Shown piece by piece: positions 1 through 9,521 of a stretch of 45,969 nt of DNA. The stretch is taken from positions 1 through 45,969 of the forward strand of contig CAZUGB010000225.1 in NCBI GenBank assembly GCA_964619925.1, in the 5' to 3' direction. The notes below the pieces were generated by a model. That model did no database searches. It was not told where the DNA came from and worked only from the letters and a program-made list of their open reading frames with translations. Origin of the DNA: an uncultured Candidatus Cloacimonadota bacterium. Its GTDB lineage: Bacteria; Cloacimonadota; Cloacimonadia; Cloacimonadales; TCS61. The translations under genes and the position numbers were made by a program. Numbering within the stretch: position 1 is the first letter of the stretch; every line of letters starts with the position of its first letter.

Positions 1-3000
1 CATATCACGCAGGTTTATGGTGGTCTTATGATCATCAGGATGAATGGTTAGAAACACCTGAATTCACCGTGGATAGCGGTTCTACATTAGAGTTCTGGAC
101 AGCTTGTTATGAAGGATCGACTCATAATGATCATTATTATGTACAAGTATCAACCGACGGTGGTTCTACTTGGACTCCTATCTGGGATGCTTCCGCATTA
201 ACCGGAGCCGCATGGAATTACTATCAATATTCATACAACGTTGATCTTAGCGATTATGCAGGTCAAACAATTAAATTGGCTTTCAATGCAACAGATGGTC
301 CTACAAATGACGGTTTATGGTATATCTGGTTTATCGACGATGTTTCTGTTGCTATGCCAACTGGTGTTGTGAAATTTTCTCCTCAAGACTTTACTTATAA
401 AACAGTAGATAGCAATATGGCTAGAGACGGCAAATCATTGAATATTATGCCTCAAATCCCTGAATATCGTTCTAATGTTAGAGATCTTTTGGGTTACAAT
501 GTTTATAGAGATGGCGCCGTTATTGCCAATACTACGGAATTAACTTATACTGATGCAGATCTGGATGCAGGTACATACAACTATTATGTAACCGCTGTTT
601 ATGATGAAGGCGAATCCGTTCCCACGGAAACAGTAGCCGCTACAATTCTTGGCGTAGGAACTATTTACGGTCTTGTTACAGACGGAACAACAGGCTTACC
701 TATCGAAGGTGCTGTTGTAACAGCCGGTGATTATGAAACTACTACGGATGCAGACGGTAACTATTCTATGGATGTTACCGAAGGAGAATATTCCGTTTCA
801 GCTACCGGAACAGGATATGCCACACAAACAGTAGATAATGTTGTTGTTAATGACGGAGATACCGTAGAAGTTAACTTTGCTCTTCTTGATAGCGCTAATC
901 CTCCCACAAATGTACAAGCAACTCCAAATGACGATGATACCGAAGTAACCGTAACTTGGGACGAACCGGGTCAAGGTGGAAGCGGTGAAGAACAATGGAT
1001 TCATTATGATAACGGCGAAAATGCCGACGGTATAGGAACAGGTCAAGCGGCTGACTTTGATGTTGCTATTAGATTTACACCCGATCAATTGGTTGATTTT
1101 AATAACATGTATGTATCAAAAGTAAGATTTTTCCCAAAAGAAGCAAATTGTGAATATTCAATTAAAGTTTGGCAAGGTGAAAATGCCGCAAACTTATTGG
1201 TAGAACAACTTGTAGCCAATCCCACAATTGACGATTGGAATGAAGTTGAACTTGATAATCCCGTTCAAATTGATGCTTCACAAGAATTATGGATTGGATA
1301 TAGATGTAATACCCAAACCGGTTATCCTGCCGGTGTTGATGCAGGTCCCGCAGTTGCCGAATATGGCGATATGATTTATTTCCAAGGTTCTTGGGCTAGT
1401 ATTGCTAATGCATACGGATTAGATTATAACTGGAACATTCAAGGCTGGCTTTCCAATTCGGCAAGAGGAGATGTAGCCACTACACCTCTTAACGATACAA
1501 GATCAAGAAAATTCAACGGAACCTTAGCTTTGGGTAATCTTCCCGTATCACCTAATGCAGTACTTCCGAGAATTAATAACAGATCTCTTGAAGGATATAA
1601 TGTTTACAGATTACTCGAAGGTGACGAAGAAAACCAAGCTAACTGGACTACACTTATCGAAGGAACTAATGACATGACTTATACCGATGTTGAGTGGGCT
1701 AACGTTTCCAGCGGAATATACAAATATGCAGTTATCGCTGTTTATACGGGTGATAACCTTTCTAATCCCGCATTCTCCAATGTTGTTTATAAAGAAATGA
1801 CTACTATTGCAACAATTAATGTAACTACTAATTCCGGCGACTCCGCAGAAGGTACGGAAGTAACATTGACAAATATCGACCAAGATCCCGACCATGTTTA
1901 CACAGGTGTGGTTGGTGCAGACGGTACTTTGGTATTTGATCAAGTATGGAAAGGTGAATACAATGTTGTAGCTACTTTAGGCGGATTTGAAGAATTTACT
2001 CAAAATGGTGTAGAAATTCTTGAACCTACTACAATTGATATCGAATTGGTAGAAATGCTTCTTCCTCCGGGTGGTCTTGAAGGAACAATTGATGGAAGTA
2101 CCGTTACACTTACATGGTTAGCTCCGGGTTCATTCCAGTCTTGGACTGAAGACTTCGAAGGCGGAGTAATACCCGAAGGTTGGACAACTACAACGAACTC
2201 GGCTCAAGGTTGGTATGTAACTACCGACGGTAGTAGTGAATATTTTACAATACCTCCCGGTGATGGTTACTACGCTTGTTCAAATGACGATGCCGCTAAT
2301 GATGACGGTTCTGTGGATTATCTTATCACTCCGCCTCAGAACTTCTCGGCTCTTACAAATATTACTATGAGTTTCTATAGCTTCTTTAACGGTTCTTATT
2401 CACAAACAGCTCATATCGAAGTTAGTGAAGATGGCGGAAACACTTGGACGGGAGTTTATGACTTACCACCGAACGGTGACGGTTGGGTAACCGAAACTGT
2501 TGATTTATCCGCTTATTGTGGTGCCGGTCATGATAACGTTCTTATTGCTTTCCACTCAAATGACAACGGTGCTTGGGCATCAGGTTGGGCAGTAGATAAC
2601 GTTACAATGGGCGCAGATACTCGTGATAGAGCATTACTCGGTTACAATCTTTATATGGACGGTGTTGCGGTTAATGGTGACACACCTATCCAAGAAACCA
2701 CTTATATACAAACGGATGTTCCCGACGGAAATCACGTATGGGTTGTTACTGCTGTATATTCAACCGGTGAATCCACACCTTCCAATGTATTTAACGGTAC
2801 GGTTAGCAATAATATAGATCAAATTCCTGCTGTTACAAAACTTACAGGAAACTATCCTAATCCGTTCAATCCTACCACAACAATCTCTTATTCTATTCAC
2901 AAAGCGGCTAATGTAACCCTTGAAATTTATAACTTGAAGGGTCAAAAAATTGCTACTTTGGTTAATGAACATCAAAATGCAAACAATTACAAAATTGTAT

Positions 3001-3107
3001 GGGATGGAAAAGACGAAAGTGGAAAAACAGTAGGTAGTGGTGTTTACTTCTACAAGTTAAAAGCCGGAAAATACACTGCAACCAAAAAAATGATAATGAT
3101 GAAATAA
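1..3107 (+). CDS. Large secreted multidomain surface protein with T9SS-type C-terminal sorting domain (5' partial; true start lies outside the window)
   Basis: The frame is open from nt 3 (YHAGLWWSYDHQDEWLETPEF precedes the GTG at 69). It has two copies of a ~150-aa module (..VSTDGGSTW..WFIDDVSV and ..VSEDGGNTW..WAVDNVTM; MAM/'choice-of-anchor J'-like). It has three FN3-like modules (LLGYNVYRDG..YYVTAVYDEGES) and a CarboxypepD_reg-like module (GTIYGLVTDG..DADGNYS). The C-terminus YPNPFNPTTTISY..GVYFYKLKAGKYTATKKMIMMK is typical of T9SS type-A CTD / FlgD-Ig-like tails. Confidence 0.85.
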   Translation, partial: YHAGLWWSYDHQDEWLETPEFTVDSGSTLEFWTACYEGSTHNDHYYVQVSTDGGSTWTPIWDASALTGAAWNYYQYSYNVDLSDYAGQTIKLAFNATDGPTNDGLWYIWFIDDVSVAMPTGVVKFSPQDFTYKTVDSNMARDGKSLNIMPQIPEYRSNVRDLLGYNVYRDGAVIANTTELTYTDADLDAGTYNYYVTAVYDEGESVPTETVAATILGVGTIYGLVTDGTTGLPIEGAVVTAGDYETTTDADGNYSMDVTEGEYSVSATGTGYATQTVDNVVVNDGDTVEVNFALLDSANPPTNVQATPNDDDTEVTVTWDEPGQGGSGEEQWIHYDNGENADGIGTGQAADFDVAIRFTPDQLVDFNNMYVSKVRFFPKEANCEYSIKVWQGENAANLLVEQLVANPTIDDWNEVELDNPVQIDASQELWIGYRCNTQTGYPAGVDAGPAVAEYGDMIYFQGSWASIANAYGLDYNWNIQGWLSNSARGDVATTPLNDTRSRKFNGTLALGNLPVSPNAVLPRINNRSLEGYNVYRLLEGDEENQANWTTLIEGTNDMTYTDVEWANVSSGIYKYAVIAVYTGDNLSNPAFSNVVYKEMTTIATINVTTNSGDSAEGTEVTLTNIDQDPDHVYTGVVGADGTLVFDQVWKGEYNVVATLGGFEEFTQNGVEILEPTTIDIELVEMLLPPGGLEGTIDGSTVTLTWLAPGSFQSWTEDFEGGVIPEGWTTTTNSAQGWYVTTDGSSEYFTIPPGDGYYACSNDDAANDDGSVDYLITPPQNFSALTNITMSFYSFFNGSYSQTAHIEVSEDGGNTWTGVYDLPPNGDGWVTETVDLSAYCGAGHDNVLIAFHSNDNGAWASGWAVDNVTMGADTRDRALLGYNLYMDGVAVNGDTPIQETTYIQTDVPDGNHVWVVTAVYSTGESTPSNVFNGTVSNNIDQIPAVTKLTGNYPNPFNPTTTISYSIHKAANVTLEIYNLKGQKIATLVNEHQNANNYKIVWDGKDESGKTVGSGVYFYKLKAGKYTATKKMIMMK

Positions 3108-3123
3108 TTCATCATGAATATAT

Positions 3124-3152
3124 GCCCCGAGCGAAAGTTCGGGGCTTTTTTT
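3124..3152 (+). terminator. Rho-independent terminator after the surface-protein gene
   Basis: GCCCCGA (3124-3130) pairs with TCGGGGC (3139-3145) and is followed by T7 (3146-3152). It lies 17 nt after the stop codon. Confidence 0.85.
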
Positions 3153-3153
3153 A

Positions 3154-3182
3154 TTGACTGTAAACAACAATTTTTAATTTTC
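3154..3182 (+). promoter_or_regulatory. Possible promoter for buk
   Basis: TTGACT at 3154-3159, then TAATTTTC at 3175-3182, which resembles the FCB-type -7 element TAnnTTTG and is a weak sigma70 -10. GGAGG RBS at 3195-3199. Assigned by eye only. Confidence 0.3.
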
Positions 3183-3204
3183 GTTAAAAAAAACTGGAGG
3201 AAAA

Positions 3205-4281
3205 ATGAAGTATCGAGTTTTAGCAATCAATCCGGGTTCAACATCCACAAAAATAGCGGTTTATGACGACAAAGAACCTGTTTTCACAAAGACTTTAAGA
3301 CACGACCCTAATAAGATAGCGGAATTTGGCGGTATAATCGAGCAGTTTGAATTTAGAAAGCAATTGGTGATGGAAGCATTAAAAGAAAACAATATTCCCA
3401 AAGAAACCTTAAATGCCGTTGTTGGTAGGGGTGGGCTGATAAAAGCCGTTCCGGGCGGAACATTTAGAATCAATAAAAAGATGCTGGAAGATTTGCAGAA
3501 TCCCAATTTGTGGGGACGAATACATGCTTCCAATTTGGGAGCCTTTATTGCTCATTCGATATCCGAAGAATTATCTATACCGGCTTTTATTGTAGATCCG
3601 GTTACCGTAGATGAATTTGAAGAAGTAGCTCGTATTTCGGGTGTTCCGGAAATCGAAAGAAAATCACTTTTCCATGCGTTAAATATTAGATACACTGCAA
3701 GATTATTAGCCAAAGAGATAGGAAAGGTTTTCGAAGAATCCAATATGATTGGTGTTCATATGGGAGGCGGTATTTCCGTTGCGGCTATTAAAAAAGGTAA
3801 GGTAGTGGATGTGAATAATGCATTATTGGGAATGGGACCTTTTTCCCCTCAAAGAGCGGGAGCATTGCCAATAGGTGATTTGGTCGAAATGTCATTTTCG
3901 GGAGAATATACAAAAAAGGAACTTCTTACCAAACTATCCAAAAAGAGCGGTTTGATAGCTTATTTAGGTACTGATAGCGGTATTGAAATAGAAAAACGCG
4001 TTGAACAAAATGACGAGAGAGCAAGATTTATAATGAAAGCAATGAATTATCAGGTAGCCAAAGAAATCGGTGCTTGTGCCACGGTTTTAGAAGGAAAAGT
4101 GGATGCAATTTTTTTAACAGGCGGTTTGGCTTTTAATCCGTGTGTAGCCGAAGATATTAAAAAAGCTTGCGGATTTATAGCACCTATTCATTTATTACCC
4201 GGAGAGAAGGAAATGGAAGCTCTTAGCCAAGGTGCCATAAGGGTATTGAAAAATGAAGAACAGGCAAAGGAATACATATAA
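3205..4281 (+). CDS. buk: Butyrate kinase
   Basis: N-terminal YRVLAINPGSTSTKIAVYDD (ASKHA phosphate-1 motif). Length of 358 aa and overall similarity to the butyrate/acetate kinase family. GGAGG RBS 6 nt upstream. Confidence 0.9.
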   Translation: MKYRVLAINPGSTSTKIAVYDDKEPVFTKTLRHDPNKIAEFGGIIEQFEFRKQLVMEALKENNIPKETLNAVVGRGGLIKAVPGGTFRINKKMLEDLQNPNLWGRIHASNLGAFIAHSISEELSIPAFIVDPVTVDEFEEVARISGVPEIERKSLFHALNIRYTARLLAKEIGKVFEESNMIGVHMGGGISVAAIKKGKVVDVNNALLGMGPFSPQRAGALPIGDLVEMSFSGEYTKKELLTKLSKKSGLIAYLGTDSGIEIEKRVEQNDERARFIMKAMNYQVAKEIGACATVLEGKVDAIFLTGGLAFNPCVAEDIKKACGFIAPIHLLPGEKEMEALSQGAIRVLKNEEQAKEYI

Positions 4282-5470
4282 AATTTTTATTTTCACTCTG
4301 CTGTTATCGGTTTTATTTTTGGTAACTTCATGTGATATTGATAAACCGTATGATTGGACTATTCTCGTATATATGGCTGCTGATAATAGTCTTTCCAATA
4401 ATGCGCTTTCGGATATTAACGAAATAGAATCCGCAAATTTTTCCGAAAAGAAAATAAAAATTATCCTTTTGGCGGATTTATTGAATTTACCTAATGAAGA
4501 TACGGTTAAAGAAGATAATTATATCTATGATATTCATCATGATAATGATACAAGCAAAGTTACTTCACCGATAATTAAATATGACGGAGAAATTGACAGC
4601 GGAAATTATAACACTCTTTCAGATTTTGCGAATTGGGCATACAAAAAATATCCCGCTATTCATAAAGCGTTGTTTATTTGGTCGCATGGTAACGGGTGGT
4701 ATGGTTATCACGATAAATTTTGTGTTGATCATAGTTCCGGTAATTTCTTTAATATTCCTCGCGGAGATTTGAAAAAAGCGATAAATCAGATTAATTTTCC
4801 TATAAATATACTTGGTTTGGATGCTTGTAATATGCAAACCGTCGAAGTTATTTCGGAAGTATATCAAAATGTAGGCTATATCACCGGTTCGGAATATGAA
4901 GTTCAAGCGGACGGTTTTCCGTATAATGATATATTAACGCATTGGAATGAGTATTCTTTAAATAAAAACATAGCTAAAATGATTGCCGGTGACTTTTTTG
5001 ATTCTTATATGGTAGGTGGTTCTCAAAATTATCACGGAGATATTTTGCACATTAGTGTAAGTTCCTTGGATGCAAATAGGTTCTCTCAATTAATAAAAGA
5101 CATGAAAGACTTTCTTGCCACCGATTTGACAGCTATAAAAAGCGAAATTAAAACGGCAAGGGATGGATGTTCCAATTATTTGGATATGGACTACAATTCT
5201 CAAATTGATATAAAACAATTTTTTTCAAAATTAAAATCCGTTTTGCAAAATGAGAATAAATCTACCGATAAGATAGACGCGATATTAGATGATATTGATA
5301 AAAGTTTTGTTTATTCGAATTATTACCTATTTCAGGAAGATATGGGATATGCTTCCGTATGGTTTCCTCAGGAGTTTTCCACATACAAAAATATGATAGA
5401 AGATTATAAAAAATTATCTTTCGATTCTATCGGTTGGGATAAGATAATCGAGGTTTATTTTTCCGACTAA
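4253..5470 (+). CDS. Clostripain-like cysteine peptidase (family C11), predicted lipoprotein
   Basis: Signal peptide plus lipobox (LFLVTSC). ILVYMAADNSL, catalytic-His motif IWSHGNGW and catalytic-Cys motif LGLDACNM are characteristic of C11 peptidases. The start overlaps the buk 3' end by 29 nt. Confidence 0.8.
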   Translation: MKNRQRNTYKIFIFTLLLSVLFLVTSCDIDKPYDWTILVYMAADNSLSNNALSDINEIESANFSEKKIKIILLADLLNLPNEDTVKEDNYIYDIHHDNDTSKVTSPIIKYDGEIDSGNYNTLSDFANWAYKKYPAIHKALFIWSHGNGWYGYHDKFCVDHSSGNFFNIPRGDLKKAINQINFPINILGLDACNMQTVEVISEVYQNVGYITGSEYEVQADGFPYNDILTHWNEYSLNKNIAKMIAGDFFDSYMVGGSQNYHGDILHISVSSLDANRFSQLIKDMKDFLATDLTAIKSEIKTARDGCSNYLDMDYNSQIDIKQFFSKLKSVLQNENKSTDKIDAILDDIDKSFVYSNYYLFQEDMGYASVWFPQEFSTYKNMIEDYKKLSFDSIGWDKIIEVYFSD

Positions 5471-5664
5471 TGTGGATAAAAAGACAAATGAAATTTATAA
5501 GAAATTGCATTTTATGTGCAATTTCTTTTTTTGTATGTAGTTAAAGATTTTCCACTATGTGGATAACTTGTGGATAAGCGGTGGCTAATTGTTTTGAAGG
5601 AATGATAACTGCTTGCACTCCAATGCGTTATAAAAGTGGAAAATTTCGCAAAAAATGTGAATAA
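5471..5664 (+). promoter_or_regulatory. Cluster of DnaA boxes (candidate oriC element or DnaA-titration site)
   Basis: Perfect TGTGGATAA (reverse complement of TTATCCACA) at 5471-5479, 5558-5566 and 5569-5577. An 8/9 copy, TGTGAATAA, at 5656-5664. 7/9 copies at 5580-5588 and 5635-5643, and an inverted one at 5548-5556. The strong boxes share one orientation, with 11-bp phasing at 5558/5569/5580. Confidence 0.6.
5499..5532 (+). terminator. Rho-independent terminator after the C11 peptidase gene
   Basis: Perfect 11-bp stem AAGAAATTGCA (5499-5509) / TGCAATTTCTT (5517-5527) with a 7-nt loop, followed by a T-run to 5532. Confidence 0.8.
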
Positions 5665-5958
5665 CTTAACTTTAAGCTATAAAAAGGATTAGGGAAATGT
5701 TAATAAATAATTGCAAAAATCTGTCGAAATTTTGAAGGAAATAAAATTGATTTGATATGCCATAAAGGTAATAGAAATTTCTTTGTTATTCAGGTATGAT
5801 TTGCTAACCGGTAATGGGAAATGCTGTGTTTTTACACTTTTGTTATGTTTGATGATTATTTTAATTTTTATGAAATGGCCACTTTATTTGTAATAGTGAG
5901 AATAGTACTACTAAACAGATATTTAACGTAAGAATAATAATATTACAGGCTTAAAATC

Positions 5959-8583
5959 CTATATTTTTTCTTGCAAATCGGCAAGTATCTTTAATGCTTC
6001 AATAGGTGTTAGCGAATTAATATCGATGTTTCTGATTTCTTCTAAGATTTCATCTTTTTCATCCGAAAGTTTCATCATATAATCCAAAAAATCCAGTTGA
6101 GGCGATTTGTTTTTTGTTTGTTTTTTTACTTTTGCAATCAAACCTTGCGGACTGATTTCGTTTTCTTCCAAATTCTGTAGGATTTGTTTTGCTCGTTTTA
6201 TCACTCTTTTGGGAATACCGGCAAGTTGAGCTACTTGAATGCCATAGCTTTGGTCTGCGCTACCTCTTTCTATTTTTCTTAGAAATATGATATTATCGTT
6301 CCATTCTTTTACCGATATGTTATAATTTTTTACGCCGTTTAAAATGCTTTCCAGTTCCGTAAGTTCGTGGTAATGTGTGGCAAAAAGCGTTTTTGCTTTC
6401 AATTTGGGATAATTATGGATGTATTCGACAATTGACCACGCTAAGCTAAGTCCGTCGAAGGTGCTGGTGCCTCTGCCTATTTCATCAAGTAGGATAAGTG
6501 ATTTATTGGTAGCCGAATTAAGAATATTTGCCGTTTCCAGCATTTCAACTAAAAAGGTGCTTTGTCCGAAAGCGAGATTATCCGATGCTCCCACACGGGT
6601 AAAAACTTTATCTATAATGGGAAGGTTGGCTTTTTCCGCGGGAATAAAGCTTCCGGTTTGAGCCATAATAATAAGCAGTCCCACTTGTCTTAGATATGTG
6701 GATTTACCTGCCATGTTCGGTCCTGTGATTATTGCTATCAAGTGATCGGTATCATTTAAATAAACGTCATTGGGAATAAATTTTTCCGATTCCAGCAGTT
6801 TTTCGATAACCGGATGTCGTGAATTTTTCATTTCAAGAATACCTTCGGCATTAAATTCCGGTCTGTGATAATCATTTTGGTGCGCGATATATGCAAAATT
6901 GGTATAAACATCTATCTCGGCAACGATTTGTTCGAATTTTTGCATTTCGGTCAAATATTTTTTTATTTCCTTACGAATTTCCGTAAAAAGCTCGTATTCA
7001 ATATTTTTTATTCGTTCTTCCGCTCCCAAAACCTTGGATTCATATTCTTTCAGTTGCGGGCTAATGTACCTCTCGGAATTTACCAAAGTTTGTTTGCGAA
7101 TATAGTAATCGGGAACTCTGTCTTTGTGTGTTTTTGTGATTTCTATATAATAACCGAAAACTTTGTTGTATCCAACTTTTAAAGAGGGAATACCGGTTTT
7201 TTCTCTTTCGCTCTCTTCCATTCTGGCAATCCATTTTTTCCCGTCGAGGCTTATTTGTCTTAATTCGTCCAATTCGGCGTTATATCCTTCTTTGATGATG
7301 TTTCCTTCGGTGATAATATGAGGCGGATCTTCCGTAACGGCTTTGTCGATAAATTCGATTATTCGGTTATAATTACCTATCTGTTGCACCAGCTCGTTTA
7401 TCAAATCATAATTATATTTTTCAAGAATGTTCTTTATTAAAACGGAAGATGAAAGGTAATTTTTTAAGGCGTTAATTTCTTTGGGGTTAATTCTTAGTGT
7501 TCCCACTTTGCTAAGTAATCTGCTTAAATCTCCGATATTTGATAAGATATTTCTTAAATCGGTGGTAAGATAGATTTTTTCTTTAAAAATTCCCACAAAG
7601 TCCAATCTTTTTTCTATTTCGTTTTTGTTTAATAACGGATTTAGAAGACGTTTTTCCAGCTCGCGCGAACCCATAGGGGTTTTTGTTTTATCCAAAACGG
7701 AAATCAATGTGCCTATTTTATTCCCGAAACGTAAAGAGCGTAAAAGTTCAAGATTGCGTCGTGTTGTTTCATCCACTTGCATAAAGTTGTCTATGGAATA
7801 GTATCTTATGGAATTGATATGAGAGAGTTCGCTTTTTTTCAACGATTTGATATAGATAAGTGCTATAGCGGCGGCGATAATGCCGTTTTTCTTACCTTTT
7901 GCATTAAAACCTTCCAATCCCGATGTGTGAAATTGATCCGTTAAAATCTCTTTTGCTTCTTGATAGTCATAAAAAAAATCTTCAAATAGTGTGATGGTAG
8001 GTGCTTGATTTTTTAATAGATTCTTTATTTTATCTTCGGTATTTTTATCAATAACCACAATTTCGGAAGGATTAAATCTTGTAAGTTCGTTTTTTAATTG
8101 ATTTTCTTTTATTTCGCTGAAATAATAATCGGCAGTGGAAGCGTCCAAAAAGGAAATACCTATTTTAGAAGCATTTTCAGGATAATACACGGCGGCAAGG
8201 TAATTGTTTTGCGAATTTTCCAAAAGGTTGGAATCAATAATCGAGCCGGGGGTAATAATATCGGTGATACCTCTTTCTACCAATCCTTTTGCTTTTTTAG
8301 GGTCTTCCAACTGTTCACATATCACTACTTTGATACCGTTTTTTACCAATTTATCAAGGTAATTATCAAGGGCATGATGCGGAAAACCGGCTAAGGGAAT
8401 GGGATCATCGGCTTTTTTGTTTCGCGAAGTAAGTGTAATTCCCAAATATTTGGAAGCAATTTTGGCATCATCGAAAAAGGTTTCGTAAAAATCTCCCATT
8501 CTGAACAAAATCAATTTGTCCGGATGTTGATTTTTGATTTTCAAAAATTGTTTGAGCATCGGGGTAAGTTTTTCTGTTTTCAT
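5959..8583 (-). CDS. mutS: DNA mismatch repair protein MutS
   Basis: N-terminal TPMLKQFLKIK..FRMGDFYETFFDDA, Walker A GPNMAGKSTYLRQ, LLDEIGRGTSTFDG. 874 aa. The ATG overlaps the stop of the upstream gene (ATGA). Confidence 0.97.
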   Translation of the reverse strand: MKTEKLTPMLKQFLKIKNQHPDKLILFRMGDFYETFFDDAKIASKYLGITLTSRNKKADDPIPLAGFPHHALDNYLDKLVKNGIKVVICEQLEDPKKAKGLVERGITDIITPGSIIDSNLLENSQNNYLAAVYYPENASKIGISFLDASTADYYFSEIKENQLKNELTRFNPSEIVVIDKNTEDKIKNLLKNQAPTITLFEDFFYDYQEAKEILTDQFHTSGLEGFNAKGKKNGIIAAAIALIYIKSLKKSELSHINSIRYYSIDNFMQVDETTRRNLELLRSLRFGNKIGTLISVLDKTKTPMGSRELEKRLLNPLLNKNEIEKRLDFVGIFKEKIYLTTDLRNILSNIGDLSRLLSKVGTLRINPKEINALKNYLSSSVLIKNILEKYNYDLINELVQQIGNYNRIIEFIDKAVTEDPPHIITEGNIIKEGYNAELDELRQISLDGKKWIARMEESEREKTGIPSLKVGYNKVFGYYIEITKTHKDRVPDYYIRKQTLVNSERYISPQLKEYESKVLGAEERIKNIEYELFTEIRKEIKKYLTEMQKFEQIVAEIDVYTNFAYIAHQNDYHRPEFNAEGILEMKNSRHPVIEKLLESEKFIPNDVYLNDTDHLIAIITGPNMAGKSTYLRQVGLLIIMAQTGSFIPAEKANLPIIDKVFTRVGASDNLAFGQSTFLVEMLETANILNSATNKSLILLDEIGRGTSTFDGLSLAWSIVEYIHNYPKLKAKTLFATHYHELTELESILNGVKNYNISVKEWNDNIIFLRKIERGSADQSYGIQVAQLAGIPKRVIKRAKQILQNLEENEISPQGLIAKVKKQTKNKSPQLDFLDYMMKLSDEKDEILEEIRNIDINSLTPIEALKILADLQEKI

Positions 8584-9521
8584 TCTTTATACTTTTTGTA
8601 GATAAAAAATTCAATGTTTTTTTCTTTTAGTTTGTTTGATGCTTTTTTCATTTCGTCGGTATTTTTAAAAGGTCCTGCATATACTATATAAAGAGCTTTA
8701 TTGTGCTTTGTTTTTTTCCCTATGGTGGTTTTTATTCCCAAAGAATTTATTCTTTTTTGTTGTAAAAGAGCCTTTGCTTTTGTTCCGTATGCTCCCGCTT
8801 GCAAATATAAATCAAAATCATTCGGGGAAACGGCGGCTTTATCCAATTTCTTCGGTTTTTTGGGCGTATCGTTCAATTTAATATCATATTCCGAAGTTAA
8901 TTCATAAATTCTGTCCTGAGCAAAATAGGTATATTGGTTATAAGGAAAATCAATCTTCATTTTTTTATAAATTTTTATGGCTTTTTCGTATTTTTCCAAT
9001 TTTTCATAGCATTCGCCGGTTTTATAGACAATTAGAGGAATAAAATTATTTGCGTATTCCGATTTTCTTAATGAATTCAATGTGGACAGAGCTTTGTAGT
9101 AGCTTTTCTTTTGTATAAATGCTTCCGCAATGGTGATAAGCATATCTTCCGCTTTGTCTTTTTGATAAGGTGCCAAATAGATAAAATTTTGAGCCGAATA
9201 TATGGCGGGAATGTATTTACCGAGTTTTAAATATACTTTCGCAAGCCAATAGGGTTTTTCTTTTATTTTTGGATTATCGATTTTTTTCAAGTAATCAAGA
9301 GCTTTTTGATAATTTCTTTTTAACAGCTCGATTTTGGAAAGCTCTAGCAAAGATAATTGTGCATAATAATCATTAGGATAGTTTTTGCAAAGGTTCTTAT
9401 AAAGAGGTATGAAATCATTTTCCAATGTGTGGGATTTTGCTTTTTTAAAAATTTCTTTCGGTGTTTGTGAAAATATTAAAATCGGTAAAAACAACAGGAC
9501 GAAAAAAAGTGTTTTTTTCAT
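8580..9521 (-). CDS. Secreted TPR-repeat protein with C-terminal SPOR (peptidoglycan-binding) domain
   Basis: Signal peptide (FFVLLFLPILIFSQ). Repeated TPR-like helices (..YQKALDYLKKI.., ..YEKAIKIYKKM..). The C-terminal LYLQAGAYGTKAKA..LYIVYAGPFKNTDEMKKASNKLK matches the SPOR fold pattern. Confidence 0.7.
   Translation of the reverse strand: MKKTLFFVLLFLPILIFSQTPKEIFKKAKSHTLENDFIPLYKNLCKNYPNDYYAQLSLLELSKIELLKRNYQKALDYLKKIDNPKIKEKPYWLAKVYLKLGKYIPAIYSAQNFIYLAPYQKDKAEDMLITIAEAFIQKKSYYKALSTLNSLRKSEYANNFIPLIVYKTGECYEKLEKYEKAIKIYKKMKIDFPYNQYTYFAQDRIYELTSEYDIKLNDTPKKPKKLDKAAVSPNDFDLYLQAGAYGTKAKALLQQKRINSLGIKTTIGKKTKHNKALYIVYAGPFKNTDEMKKASNKLKEKNIEFFIYKKYKE

Noticed and set aside
5602-5664. 20-codon mini-ORF (MITACTPMRYKSGKFRKKCE) inside the DnaA-box region.
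   Set aside because: The AAGGA sequence abuts the ATG with no spacer. The ORF is very short and ends inside a DnaA-box-like 9-mer. There is no supporting signal.
5921-5948. dif-like (XerC/D) site: ATTTAACGTAA-GAATAA-TAATATTACAG. On the minus strand this reads CTGTAATATTA-TTATTC-TTACGTTAAAT, and its right arm matches the E. coli XerD arm TTATGTTAAAT at 10/11. It lies in the convergent gap.
   Set aside because: The left arm and the inner ATAA-N6-TTAT symmetry are poor. My rough composition-based estimate is that several 10/11 matches to this AT-rich 11-mer are expected by chance in a window of this size. It is worth re-testing only if GC skew places the terminus here.
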